A stretch of 64,000 nt of DNA, from assembly GCF_009914755.1 (NCBI RefSeq), contig NC_060929.1; one strand, 5' to 3'. The DNA comes from the human T2T-CHM13v2.0 reference genome, Homo sapiens. Positions within the stretch are counted from its first letter, which is position 1; each line of letters starts with the position of its first letter. This document shows, in pieces, positions 39,101 through 50,499 of this stretch. Under the pieces are notes generated by a model. It was not told where the DNA came from, ran no database searches, and saw nothing but the letters and a program-made list of their open reading frames with translations. Made by a program: the position numbers and the translations under genes.

Positions 39101-42100
39101 AAAAATAGAAATCAATACCAATAAGATCTCTCAAAACCATGTAATTACATGGAAATTAAACAACCCACTCATGAATGACTGCTGGGTAACAAATGAAATT
39201 AAGGCAGGAATCAAGAAATTCTTTGAAACTAATGAAAACAAAGTTACAACATAACAGAACCTCTGGGATGCAGCTAAAGCAGTGTTAAGAAGAAAGTCTA
39301 TAGTATTAAATGCCAACCTACATTGAAAAAAGGTCAAAAAGGTCTCAAAATTAACAACCTAACCTAAACCAATACCAAAGCTAGCTGAAAAAACAACCAA
39401 AATCAGAACTCAACTGAATGAAACTGAGATGTAAAGATCTATATAAAAGCTCAACAAAATTAAAAGTTGTTTCTTCAAAAGAGTAAATAAGATTGATAGA
39501 TGGCTAGCTAGACTAATTAGAGAAGATTCAAATAAACACAATTAGAAATGAGAAAGGGAATCTTACCATCTACCCCACAGAAATACAAAAACCCTTAGAG
39601 ACTATTATGAGCACTTCTATGCAGACAAACTAGAAATCCTAGAAGAAATGGACAAATTTCTGGAAACAGACATCCTCCCAAGATTAAACCAGGAAGAAAT
39701 TCAGTACTTCAGCTGACCAAGATTAAGTTCCAAAATTGAATCTGTAATAAAAACCCTACAAACCCGAAAAAGCCCTGGACATAATGGATTCACAGCCAAA
39801 TTCTAACAGATACACAAAGAAGAGCAAGTAGCAGTCCCATTGCAACGATTCCAAAAACATCAAGGAGGCAGGACATCTCCCTAACTCATTCTGTGAAGCC
39901 AGCAAAATTTTGATAGCAAAACCTAGCAGAGACACAACAAGAAAAAAGAAAACTTCAGGCCAATATCCCTGATGAATAGAGATGTAAAAATCCTCAACGA
40001 AGTACTTGCAAATCTAATCCAGCAACACATCAAAAAGCTATTCCTCCATGATCAAGTAGGCTTTATTCTTGGATGCAAGGTTGTTTCATCATACACAAAT
40101 CAATAAATATGATTCATCACATAAAGAGAAGTAAAAACAAAAACTACACAGTCATTGTAATAGATGCTGAAAAGGCTGTTGATAAAATTCAACATTCCTT
40201 CGTATTAAAAACCCTCAACAAAGAGTTGAAGGAAAATACCTCAAAATAATAAGAGCCATCTATCGCACACTGCCAATATTGTACTAATCAGAGGAAGAAA
40301 TAAAAAGTATCCAACAGGAAAAGAGGCAGTAAAACTATGTCTCTTCACATATGATATGATTCTCTACCTAGAAAACCCCAAGCCCCTGCACAAAGGTTCC
40401 TATAACTGATCAACAACTTCCATAAAATTTTAGCATACAAAAATCAGTGTACAAAAGTCAGTAGCACTTCTATATACCAAGAATGTCCAAGCTGAGAGCC
40501 AAATCAAAGGATGCAATTCCATTCCCAATAGCCGCAAAATGAATAAAATATTGAGCAATACAGCTAACCAGGGAAGTGAAAGATGTCTACAATGAGAATT
40601 CTGAAACACTGCCGAAAGAATTCAGAGACAACACAAATAGAAAACATTCCATGCTCTTGGTTAGGAAGAATCAATATTGTGAAAATGGCCATACTACCCA
40701 AAGCAACTTACAGATTGAATGCTGTTCCTATAAAACTACCAATGTCATTCTTCACAGAATAAAAAAAAAAACTATTCTAAAATTCATATGCAGCCATAAA
40801 AGTTCATGAATAGCCAAACAATCCAAACAAAAACAACAAAGCTGGAGGCATCACACTGCCAGTCTTCAAACAATACAATATGGCTATAGTAACCAAAACA
40901 GCATGGTACTGGTACAAAAACAAATACATAGACCAATGAAACAGCTCAGTCAACCCAGAAATAAAACCACAAAACTACAGCCATTTGATCTTTGACAAAG
41001 TTGACAACAACAAGCAATAGAGAAAGGACACCCTATTCAATAAAAGATGCTGGTATAGCTGGCTAGCCATATGCAGAAGATTGAAACTGGACCCCTTTCT
41101 TACCTCATATACAAAAATCAACTCAAGATTGATTAAAGACTTAAACATAAAACCTAAAGCTATAAAGAACCCTAGAATGAAACCTAGGAAATACCATTCT
41201 AGACATGAGCTTTAGCAAAAATTTAATGATGAAGACTCTAAAAGCAATCTATAACAAAAACAAAAATTGACAAGTGGAGCTTAATTAAATTAAAGAGTTT
41301 CTGTACAGCAAAAGAAACCATTAACGGAGTAAATACACAACATATAGAATGGGGAAAATATTTGCAAACTATGCTTCTGACAAAGATCTAATATCTGGAA
41401 TCTATACGAAACGTAAGCAAATTTACAGGCAAAAAAATCAACCCCATTAAAAAGTGGGACAAAGGACAAAAACAGACACTTTTAGAAAGAAGACATATAT
41501 GTGGCCAACATATATACAAAAAAATGCTCGACATCACTAATCATTAGAGAAATGCAGATCAAAACCACAATGAGATACCATCTCACACCAGTCAAAATGG
41601 CTATTATTTAAAAATCAAAAAATAACAGATGCTAGTGAGGTTGCAGAGAAAAGAGAACACATACACTGCCAGTGAGAATGTTAATAAGTTCAGTAACTGT
41701 GGAAAACATCTTGGAGATTTCTTAAAGAACTTAAAACAGAATTACAATTCAACCCAGCAATCCCATTACTGGGTGTATACCCAAGGGAATATAAATAATT
41801 CTATTATACCACAAAGACACATGGACATGTATGTTCATCACAGCACTCTTTACAATAGCAAAGACATGGAATCAACTTAAATCCCCATCAACAGTAGACT
41901 GAATTTTTTAAAAATGTGGTACATATAAACCATGGAATACTATGCAGCTATAAAAAAGAATGAGATCATGTCCTTTGCAGCAACAGAAATGGAGCTGCAG
42001 GCCATTATCCTAAGTTAATTAATGCAGAAACAGAAAACAAAATATCACATATTCTTACCACCACAAAAACAAATTAGTAGGTGCTATACATTGAATACAC

Positions 42101-42302
42101 ATGGGCACAAAATGGGGAAAAATAGTGTCTGGTACTCACTTGTGGGTGGAGGGCAAGAGGTTGGTGAGACTTTAAAAACTACCTATTGGGTACTGTGCTC
42201 ACTACCTAGGTGACATATACCATACCTCAGTGACATGTAATTTACACATGTAACAACCCTGCATGTATACTCCCTGAATCTAAAATAAAAGTTGGAAGAA
42301 AA
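36134..42302 (+). mobile_element. Full-length degenerate L1 (L1PA15/16-like), ~6.2 kb
   Basis: 5' GGAGCCAAGATGGCCAACT (YY1-type site) and GC-rich 5'UTR; ORF1 remnant (LIGIPEREGE...QIQEIQRT); ORF2 from ~38402; 3' CTACCTATTGGGTAC...CTAAAATAAAAGTTG. Many stops and frameshifts. Confidence 0.95.
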
Positions 42303-42309
42303 CAATGCT

Positions 42310-42541
42310 ATTTGAAGGAAGAATTCCTTCTTTTTTGGGAAAGTCAGTCTTTTCTCTTAAGGCCTTTGACTGATTAGACAAGGCCCACCAACATTAGGGA
42401 GGGAAATCTGCATTAATCAAATCTACTCATTTAAATATTATCCACAGTGAAAAAAAAACTTGATAGATATATCAAGAATGATGTTTTACCAAAAATTTAA
42501 TAATGTGGCCTACCCAAATTGACATACCATTAATCATCACA
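42310..42541 (-). mobile_element. MLT2D-like ERVL LTR, second part
   Basis: GAATTCCTTC...TTAAGGCCTTTGACTGATT...AGGCCCACC...TTGACATACCATTAATCATCACA terminus. Confidence 0.85.
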
Positions 42542-42757
42542 GTGATTTCCAATAAAATTCCACAGAAGAAATAGTATATGATATTTTCACTCTAATATTT
42601 GTAAAACTCTATTTACAAAAACAACTGAAGAATCTGATAAATTTGAGTCCTCACAGACCTTGTTTGGGAGATTTCTTTGTACTAATCCTAGGTTGTTCAA
42701 GAATTGTCTAATTTTGTGGAATGGGGTGTCGTGAGATGCTGGAGAGCCTCAGGAAGG

Positions 42758-43440
42758 TGTCAAAAGAATACACCTAATGGAGTTAAATAACCAAGATTTT
42801 ATTCCAGATTATTGCAATAGGAGACAGAGATTAAACTCAATTCTGCTGAAACAAAAGTCAGGAGAGTTTTAAGCACTGCAGTTAACTAACCAAGTACTGA
42901 AAAAGTACTGGAAGACATTAAGGTTAGAGTGATGGTTGAGTGGGGAAGTTGATCAATGTGATTAAGCCATCAGTATTTGCTAACTGATGCTAATTGGCTA
43001 ATTGAGGTTAGGCTGCTACCCTTACAAAGACACTAATAGATACAGGCACTTTGTTTCTTTCTTTTCTTTTTTTTTTTCTTGTTTCTTTCTTTCTTTTTCA
43101 CTCTCTCTTTTTCTTTCCTTCCTTCATTCCTTTTTTTTTTTTTAATCAACATTTAAGTTCCGGGTTACATGTGCAGGATGTGCAAGATTGTTACATATGT
43201 AAATATGTGAGGCACTCTCTTTATTATGATAACATTTCATAGGGATGACTCCAAATCCTTGAGAAAGACATTCCTAGGTTGTAAAACTTGCAGAAGATAT
43301 CTTAAAGAGGCAGAGAAAAAAATTATAATGCCAATTTTTCTAAAATAAATGCTTTAAGAAAAGGAAGATCGGGGGGTATCGGAAGGTACCAGTCTAAAGT
43401 TTAATCAAGCTGACAAGAAGCTTAAGACTGCCACAGTTAG
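42758..43440 (-). mobile_element. ERV1-class solo LTR (MER67/MER31-like)
   Basis: TGTCAAAAG...ATTGCAATAGG...CTGAAACAAAAG...CCTTGAGAAAGACATTCCT...TAAAGTTTAATCAAGCTG. Confidence 0.7.
43057..43209 (-). mobile_element. Minimal L1PA 3' tip with long degenerate tail inside the LTR
   Basis: TTAAGTTCCGGGTTACATGTGCAGGATGTGC. TSD AGGCACT(T/C)T(G/C)TTT at 43044-43056 and 43210-43222. Confidence 0.85.
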
Positions 43441-44499
43441 GGGATATGTCAGAGTGGCACAGGAGAGTGAGAAGACAGGAAGACTGCCAGTTTATTTCTA
43501 TTGTGTGCATATCATTCAGCATTGTGCTACTTTTGGGAAATAACTCCATTTTAACAGTCTTATAGTACATATACTTCAGCTACGTAGTCCCCAAAATTGC
43601 TGGCTGATACCAATATGTAAAACGGGATTGATCAATGTAAGATTTTTTTTTTGAAACTAAATATTTCTTTTGAACATGTAAGTTTCTGGATTAATCAGAT
43701 GATTGAATATACCTAAGATCTAAATTTCAAAGGTAAAGATAAGGCCTGGTAACAAATTTATTAAGAAAATTAAATAAAAATTTCAAAATCAACCCTGAAA
43801 TTGAATTCTCTATATGCCCAATGTAAATGGCCAGTAAGTCTCCAAAAAGGTTTTTAAATGATCCTAACTTGGGCATGACCCTTTTCATATTATTATTGGT
43901 GCTTTATTTACCTAATGTAACAAAAGTAAAATTGTGCCAGATGTATCTAAACAAGAATGTACTTGCTGTTTTTTAGGGAATTTACTCATAGGATATTTTT
44001 CATGAAAAGATAAATAAGCTATTGTTTATGAAAGTATTGTAGCAAAATAAAATACATAATAACTGGAAATAAGTAAATACTTTTTCCTCATTATAAATAT
44101 TAATTTCATGGAACATTATGTAGATATTAGAAATTACAAATATGAAAACTAGATATATAATTTAGAAGTTGTATTTGTGAATGAAGCTGTTAAGATTGAG
44201 GGTGATTGTCATATTTTGTGCAAAATTTTGAAATATTGTAAGGATTTGTTTTTAGTATCACAGTCATTAGTATCACTGCAGAATATTTTTGCATAAACTC
44301 TACATTTTGTTATTTAGCTTTTCATTTAAGAAAAAAATTGAAAAACAGTTGCATGGCATTCCTTTCAGAGGTGGGAGATATTTAACTATTAGGATAGAGG
44401 CAATTTGTCAAGAAATTCTTAAGGCCTTTTACTTTCTAGGCGTATAAGAACTGAAAAAGGTCTTTAATTCAATAAAAATGTTTTATATTTATCAAGTAC

Positions 44500-46228
44500 T
44501 GTGAGGGTTAATATTAAATGTCAACTTGATGGGATTGAAGGATGCAAAGTATTGTTCCTGGGTGTGTCTGTGAGGGTACTGCCAAAGGAGATTAACATTT
44601 GAGTCCATGGACTGGGGAAAGGCAGACCTACCCTCAATCTGGGGGAGTATCATCTAGTCATCAGCCAGCAAGGCCAGAATAAAAGCAGGCAGAAGAACGT
44701 GGAGAGATCAGACTAGCTTACCTTCTGAGCCTACATCTTTCTTCCGTGCTGGATGCTTCCTGCCCTTGAATGTCAGTCTCCAGGTTTTTCAGCTTTGGGG
44801 ATCATACGTGCTTCCTTGCTCCTCAGCTTGCAGCCTAATGGGGGCCTCACCTTGTGATCATGTGAGTTAATACTCCTTAATAAACTATCTTTTATATATA
44901 CATCCATCCTATTAGTTTTGTCCCTCTAGAGAACTCTAATACAGATTTTGGTACCAGGAGTGGTTGTAGAGGAACAGAAATATTAAGGATGGAGTTCTTT
45001 AGTTGGTTTTGGGTTTCTGGAGTTGGCTGCTTATATGATTAGACCCAAAAATGCTAAGGGCTCTACTTCTAATAGTATGGAGAACACTGATAGTCCTTGG
45101 CGTGAACTATTTAAAGAGTTATGCAAAATAAATGCATTTGGTAATCCTGATTCACAGCTCATGAGAGGCAAGGACTTTAGTGATTCTATACATAAAACCT
45201 TTGATCATCTGTGGAGAACCAAGGAACATAATAAAGCTGATTGATTGCTCCTAAGTTCACTGGACAAAGTGATGAAAGAAAGTGAGGAACTCAGGGATTC
45301 TAACTCCCCACTTCAGAAGCAGATACTGAGCCTCAAATCTGCTAAGACTGCCCTAAGTGACAGTCTTATCTCCTATAGAAAAAGAGCTAAAATTGTGGAA
45401 AATCAGACACGAACTCTTATCATGAGAGTGGCTGACCTGCAATGAAAGGTGCATGCACAGCCTCATCAGGTGTCTACTGTTAAAGTGAGGGCATTGATTG
45501 GAAAAGAATGTGACCTTGCAACTTGGAATGGAGACATGTGGAAAGAACCTGATGAAGCTCGGGACACTGAGCTTGTAAACTCTGATGAACTTTTTTTGCC
45601 AGAAGAAACAGCTTCCCCTATCCCCTCCCTAAACCAGGTACCATCAACCTTTTCCCCTTTGTCTGAGAACATAAACCCTGCACTGCCTGAGGCAACAGTG
45701 ATTGCCTCCCCCAAGGCAGTTGCCATGCAGGACAATGTTGATTCTCCTCAGAACCTACCCTCAACACCCCTGTTTGCTTCTAGACCTATAACTAAAGTCC
45801 CAGCAGGCCCCTAGATGTGAGGTTGAGAGTGTGACCCATGAGGAGGTGAGCTATACTCCAAAAGAACTGCTTGAGTTTTCTAATTTATATAAGCAGAAAT
45901 CTGGAGAACAGGCATGGGAATGGATATTAAGGGTGTGGGATAATGGTGGAAGGAACATAGAGTTGGATCAGTCTGAATTTATTGATTTGGGCCCCCTAAG
46001 TAAGGAAGGATTCTGCATGTAATGTTGTAGCTCTGGGAGTTAAAAAGAACAAGTCCCGAGTTCTTCAGCTGTGGGACTTGGACTGGCTGCCTTGCTCCTC
46101 AGCTTGCAGACAGCCTCTTGTGTGACCTCACCTTGTTATCGTGTGAGTTAATACTCCTTAATAAACTCCTCTTTGTATATACATCTATCCTATTAATTCT
46201 GTCCCTCTAGAGAACCCTGACTAATACA
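44500..46228 (+). mobile_element. Internally deleted HERV-L provirus: MLT2A 5' LTR 44500-44943, internal region 44944-~46048, partial 3' LTR ~46049-46228
   Basis: TG...CA LTR ends; GATTTTGGTACCAGGAGTGG directly after the 5' LTR; 44780-44943 repeated at 46053-46228; TSD (A/G)GTAC at 44495-44499 and 46229-46233. Confidence 0.94.
45023..46022 (+). pseudogene. gag: HERV-L gag remnant
   Basis: Track ORFs 45023-45244, 45245-45445 and 45449-45814 share one frame broken by two TGA stops; then a frameshift to YTPKELLEFSNLYKQKSGEQAWEWILRVWDNGG, an ERVL gag-type motif. Confidence 0.85.
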
Positions 46229-46914
46229 GGTACCCACTACTTTGAACAAAGCATCTTGGTGGGCATATAACAATACTAGAAAACAAAAAATGAGACAGGT
46301 ACTCAGCATTGTATGTGATAAGTAAATAATGCTTAGGTTACACCAAAGCTGCAGTTTTTGTAGGTCAATATTCTTGATTAATGCTGCAGCATGAATCCTT
46401 CAAATGTAGTTTCAAAAATATAAATCGTGTTTTTCATAATTAATATAGAAAATATGAGGCATAAACATGTCTTTCTTTAGAATGTAAAAATGGGAAAATA
46501 ATGAAACCTAGATTTCTGTAATAAGTTAGTAAAAATAAAGAATAAGCATATATGGGTAAAATGTCAAGATAAAAATAAGGATTATTTTAAGCTTCCAAGC
46601 AAATTGATTAGATTAATCCAAAGCAAAGTATAAATTGTGGTGTATAATATAGGACAGTATTGAAAAGCCTACGTAGGATTCAGCAAAGTACCTATTGATT
46701 AAAAGCATTAGCTAGGCTTAGAAAATATATCCAAAATTATTTTTCTGTCAATTAAAAGAATATAAAAAGAAATTTAACATCTCCAAGAAAAACAAAATTA
46801 TCAACAAATATGAGTTTCTTTGTAGAAAAGAAGGCAGAACAATATTCTATTCTGATTTTGTAAACATCTGTATTCAAAGCCTCATAAAAATTGGAAAACA
46901 TTTTTATTATCAAT

Positions 46915-47637
46915 ATTTTTATTGATGAATCATAATTGTGTACATATATAGTATGTGATGTGATATTTTAATATATGGAATGATTATATTAAGCTCATTA
47001 ACATATCCATCACCTCAGTTATCTTTTTTTATAATTAGACATTTGAAATTAACTCTCTTGTTTTGAAATACACATTATTATTGACTGTAGTCATATTTTT
47101 GTGCAATAGATTTCAAAACCTACTCCTTCTATCAGCAACTTGTACTTTTTGATAAATAATCCCTATTGCATCCCTTCCCACCTCCAGCCCCATCTTCTGG
47201 CAACCATCATTTTACTCTTTACTTCTATGAGTTCAACTTGTTTAGATTCCACATGTAAGTGAGATCACGTAGCATTTGTCTTTCTGTGCCTGGCTTATTT
47301 CACTTAGCATAATGTTCTTCAGACTCATCCATGTTGATGCATATGACAGGATTTCTTTTTTTTAAAGACTCAATAGTATACATTGTGTATAAATGCCATA
47401 TTTTTAAATCTACTCATGTGTTGATGAACACTTAGTTTGATTCCATATCTTGGCTATTGTGAATAATGCTGCAACGAACATAAAGTGCAGATATCCCTCT
47501 GACATATGACTTTTAGGTCCTCTGAATATCCCAGAAGTGGGATTACTGAATCATATGATACTTCTATTTTTAGTGTTTTGAGAAACCTCCATACCATTTT
47601 TCATAATGGCTGTATTAATTTACATTCTCACCAACAA
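46915..47637 (-). mobile_element. L1MA-type 3' end
   Basis: TTAACATATCCATCACCTCA...TTAGATTCCACATGTAAGTGAGATC...TTACATTCTCACCAACA; parallels 16375-17240. Confidence 0.88.
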
Positions 47638-47782
47638 TAGTTAATTGTTTAATTCAGCAGGACATATATTTTGGAGAAAACAAAATTTTTTTAAATTTAA
47701 TGACACTTTGAAGGAAAAACTTGAATGAGATACTTCAGATATTATTACTTCATACTGTATTGTTTAACAAACTTATTAAATA

Positions 47783-48090
47783 TTTTATTTTTATTTATTC
47801 ATTTATTTTTGAGATGGAGTCTCGCTCTGTCGCCAGGGTGGAGTGCAGTGTTGCGATCTCAGGTCACTGAAACCTCCGCCTCCCAGGTTTAAGCGATTCC
47901 CTTGCCTCAGCCTCCTGAGTAGCTGGGACTACAGGCCTGAGCCACCATGCCTAGGTTTTTTTTTTTTTTTTTAGCAGAGACGGGGTTTCACCATATTGGC
48001 CAGGATGGTCTTGATCTCCTGATCTCACGATCTGCCCACCTCGGCTTCCCAAAGTGCTGGGATTACAGGCCTGAGTCACCACGTCCGGCC
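47783..48090 (-). mobile_element. AluSc-like
   Basis: CTCTGTCGCCAGG and GGCCAGGATGGTCTTGATCTC diagnostics. Confidence 0.93.
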
Positions 48091-48439
48091 TTGTTATTTT
48101 ATTAAAGCTAACAATTGGTAAAATAACCACTTTCTTGAAGAAGATAAATCAAAATTTCTAGCAATTAGAATAAATTTAGAGGTTCAAACAGAAAAAAGTT
48201 TAATAAGCAAAAGTCTCTGGCATTCTTTTTATATTTTCCCCTTTGCTATTTTGTTCATCACTACATTCTGAGTTATTCAAGTTTCTGGGTATATGTTTAT
48301 TTTATATTGCGTGTAAAAATTACAACCTTCAGTGTAGTCATCAGGAAATAAAGCATATCAACTGTTCTATTTTGTAAGAACATTCTGGTCTTAACACGCA
48401 GTGAAGCGTATTGATTAATTATCTCTTCAATATCCCTTC

Positions 48440-48875
48440 TTTTGTGGAAGGGATTATAAACAATTTTCACTTTTCCATTTTTGGGTTTAGAGCTTGGCCA
48501 AAAGATTTGCTTGAGCCAGTGAAATGGACAAGGAATAACAATGTGTCAGCTCCAATCTTAGACCTTCAGAGAGGTAGGAGAGATCCTCTTGCCTCTGTCA
48601 CTGCTGTGAGAATAGTGTACCACAGCTAGCCCACTGGGTCAAGAAGAATGAGAAGCACCTAGAACAGGGCAGCCCGCTCACAGACCAGCAGTGAGAAGCA
48701 GATCCATACCAGCTGCTGCAGCCTCAAGCATAGTTGTCCAGCTGAGTTGAACCTATATTACCTGAACCTCAGAGGACTCACAGATAATGAGAATAAAAAA
48801 TTACTAATTTCGGCCACCAAATTCTGAGTAGCTTGTTAATTTTTTTTTAATGTGTGAGATTAGCTAACTGAAACA
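48440..48875 (+). mobile_element. Old MaLR LTR (MLT1I/J-like)
   Basis: GCCAGTGAAATG...GAAGAATGAGAAGCAC...GAGAATAAAA...GCCACC...TAGCTAACTGAAACA end. Confidence 0.65.
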
Positions 48876-49629
48876 GAGCAAAACAGAATATAGTAAAAAG
48901 ATAACTAATCTTGTGTTCAAAAAAATGCGAAGTGGAATGTCAGGTATGCTATTCACTCATTGTATTTATTAAGGTAAATGATTAAACTTTGATATAGACT
49001 CCATATTTCAATGGGAACGATGACACCTATAATACTGGTTTACAAGTCACTTCTAGTTATCTAGAACCCTTTTTTATGATAACCTGGCCCTGACTAGTAA
49101 ATTTCAAACCCCATGAAGACCCAAGCTCAATCTGGTATCTAGTGTTAACTCTCATTGCCTAACTTAGTGACTGTATACTCCTGCTAACAGAATTCCTTTC
49201 TGAAGTGTGCAGTAATTGACACCAATCTTTTAGTCCCTCTCAGGGACAAGGCTTATGTGTTCATTTTCTTCTTCCTGTTGCAGAGTTGTCCCCAATTTGA
49301 GCTCTATTATGGCGGGTGTGACAAATTGCAAGTTCTGATTTCTCCTTGTTGTAATGCCAATGAACCTTTTAAGATATATTTTCTTTCAAAGAAAAGTCTA
49401 TCCATTGGGATTTGCAAGTTGAAAGATTTGGTATTGTTTACAAACAGTCATATCCATAACATGTGGAGCTGGTTATATTCTACTAGGAAGAATGCATTTA
49501 ATCCTGACTACCACAATTCAAGTGCAAAATACAAAAATGGAACTCACTGAGGGTACAATAATGACAGTAGTAAGGAAAGTCAAAACAGGCTTTACTATGA
49601 ATTACTAGGAGTATAACACAGTCATTTTC

Positions 49630-49860
49630 AATTACATGAAGGAAGTTTGAAAGAAAGAGTAGCTTTACTCCTAGTTGGGCCTAGAAATAATAGACTGTTT
49701 ATACAAGTTATAGGATAATTTTAGGCTCAATATCATAAATGATTTTTTGAAAATTATAATTGGTTCAAAGATGGCTCAATCCACCTTAAGGAGAAGAGAG
49801 CTATCTACCCAACAGATGGAGTGTTGCACTGGATATTTTGTTAGGCTGTTTAAGTATCTA
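49630..49860 (+). mobile_element. L3/CR1-like ancient LINE remnant
   Basis: TTTTAGGCTCAATAT...CAAAGATGG...GGAGTGTTGCA resembles the CR1 3' region. Confidence 0.45.
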
Positions 49861-50144
49861 TGCAGAATTTTACAAGGCACTATAAGTAAGCAATTGTATA
49901 TTTAGACTCAGTAAAAGTAGCTTAGCACATTTTTTTCTACATCTAGTCCAGATAAAGCATTTATGTTAACTGAATGTACCTTGCAAGCATTTCAATTAGA
50001 TTTGAGGGTGGGGAAAATCATGTGCAAAAATGTACAACAATGTTGTGCAACTATTGCTATGTTTTTTCTTTGTTGGTGTTATTGTTATTTTTGTAATGAT
50101 TCCATCTGGAGTTCCTAATCCATAAGATTAAAAAATAACTTGCC

Positions 50145-50499
<355 letters not shown>

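Noticed and set aside
45023-46022. Domesticated gag gene
   Set aside because: Two in-frame stops, a frameshift and 3' truncation; no sign of ORF preservation.
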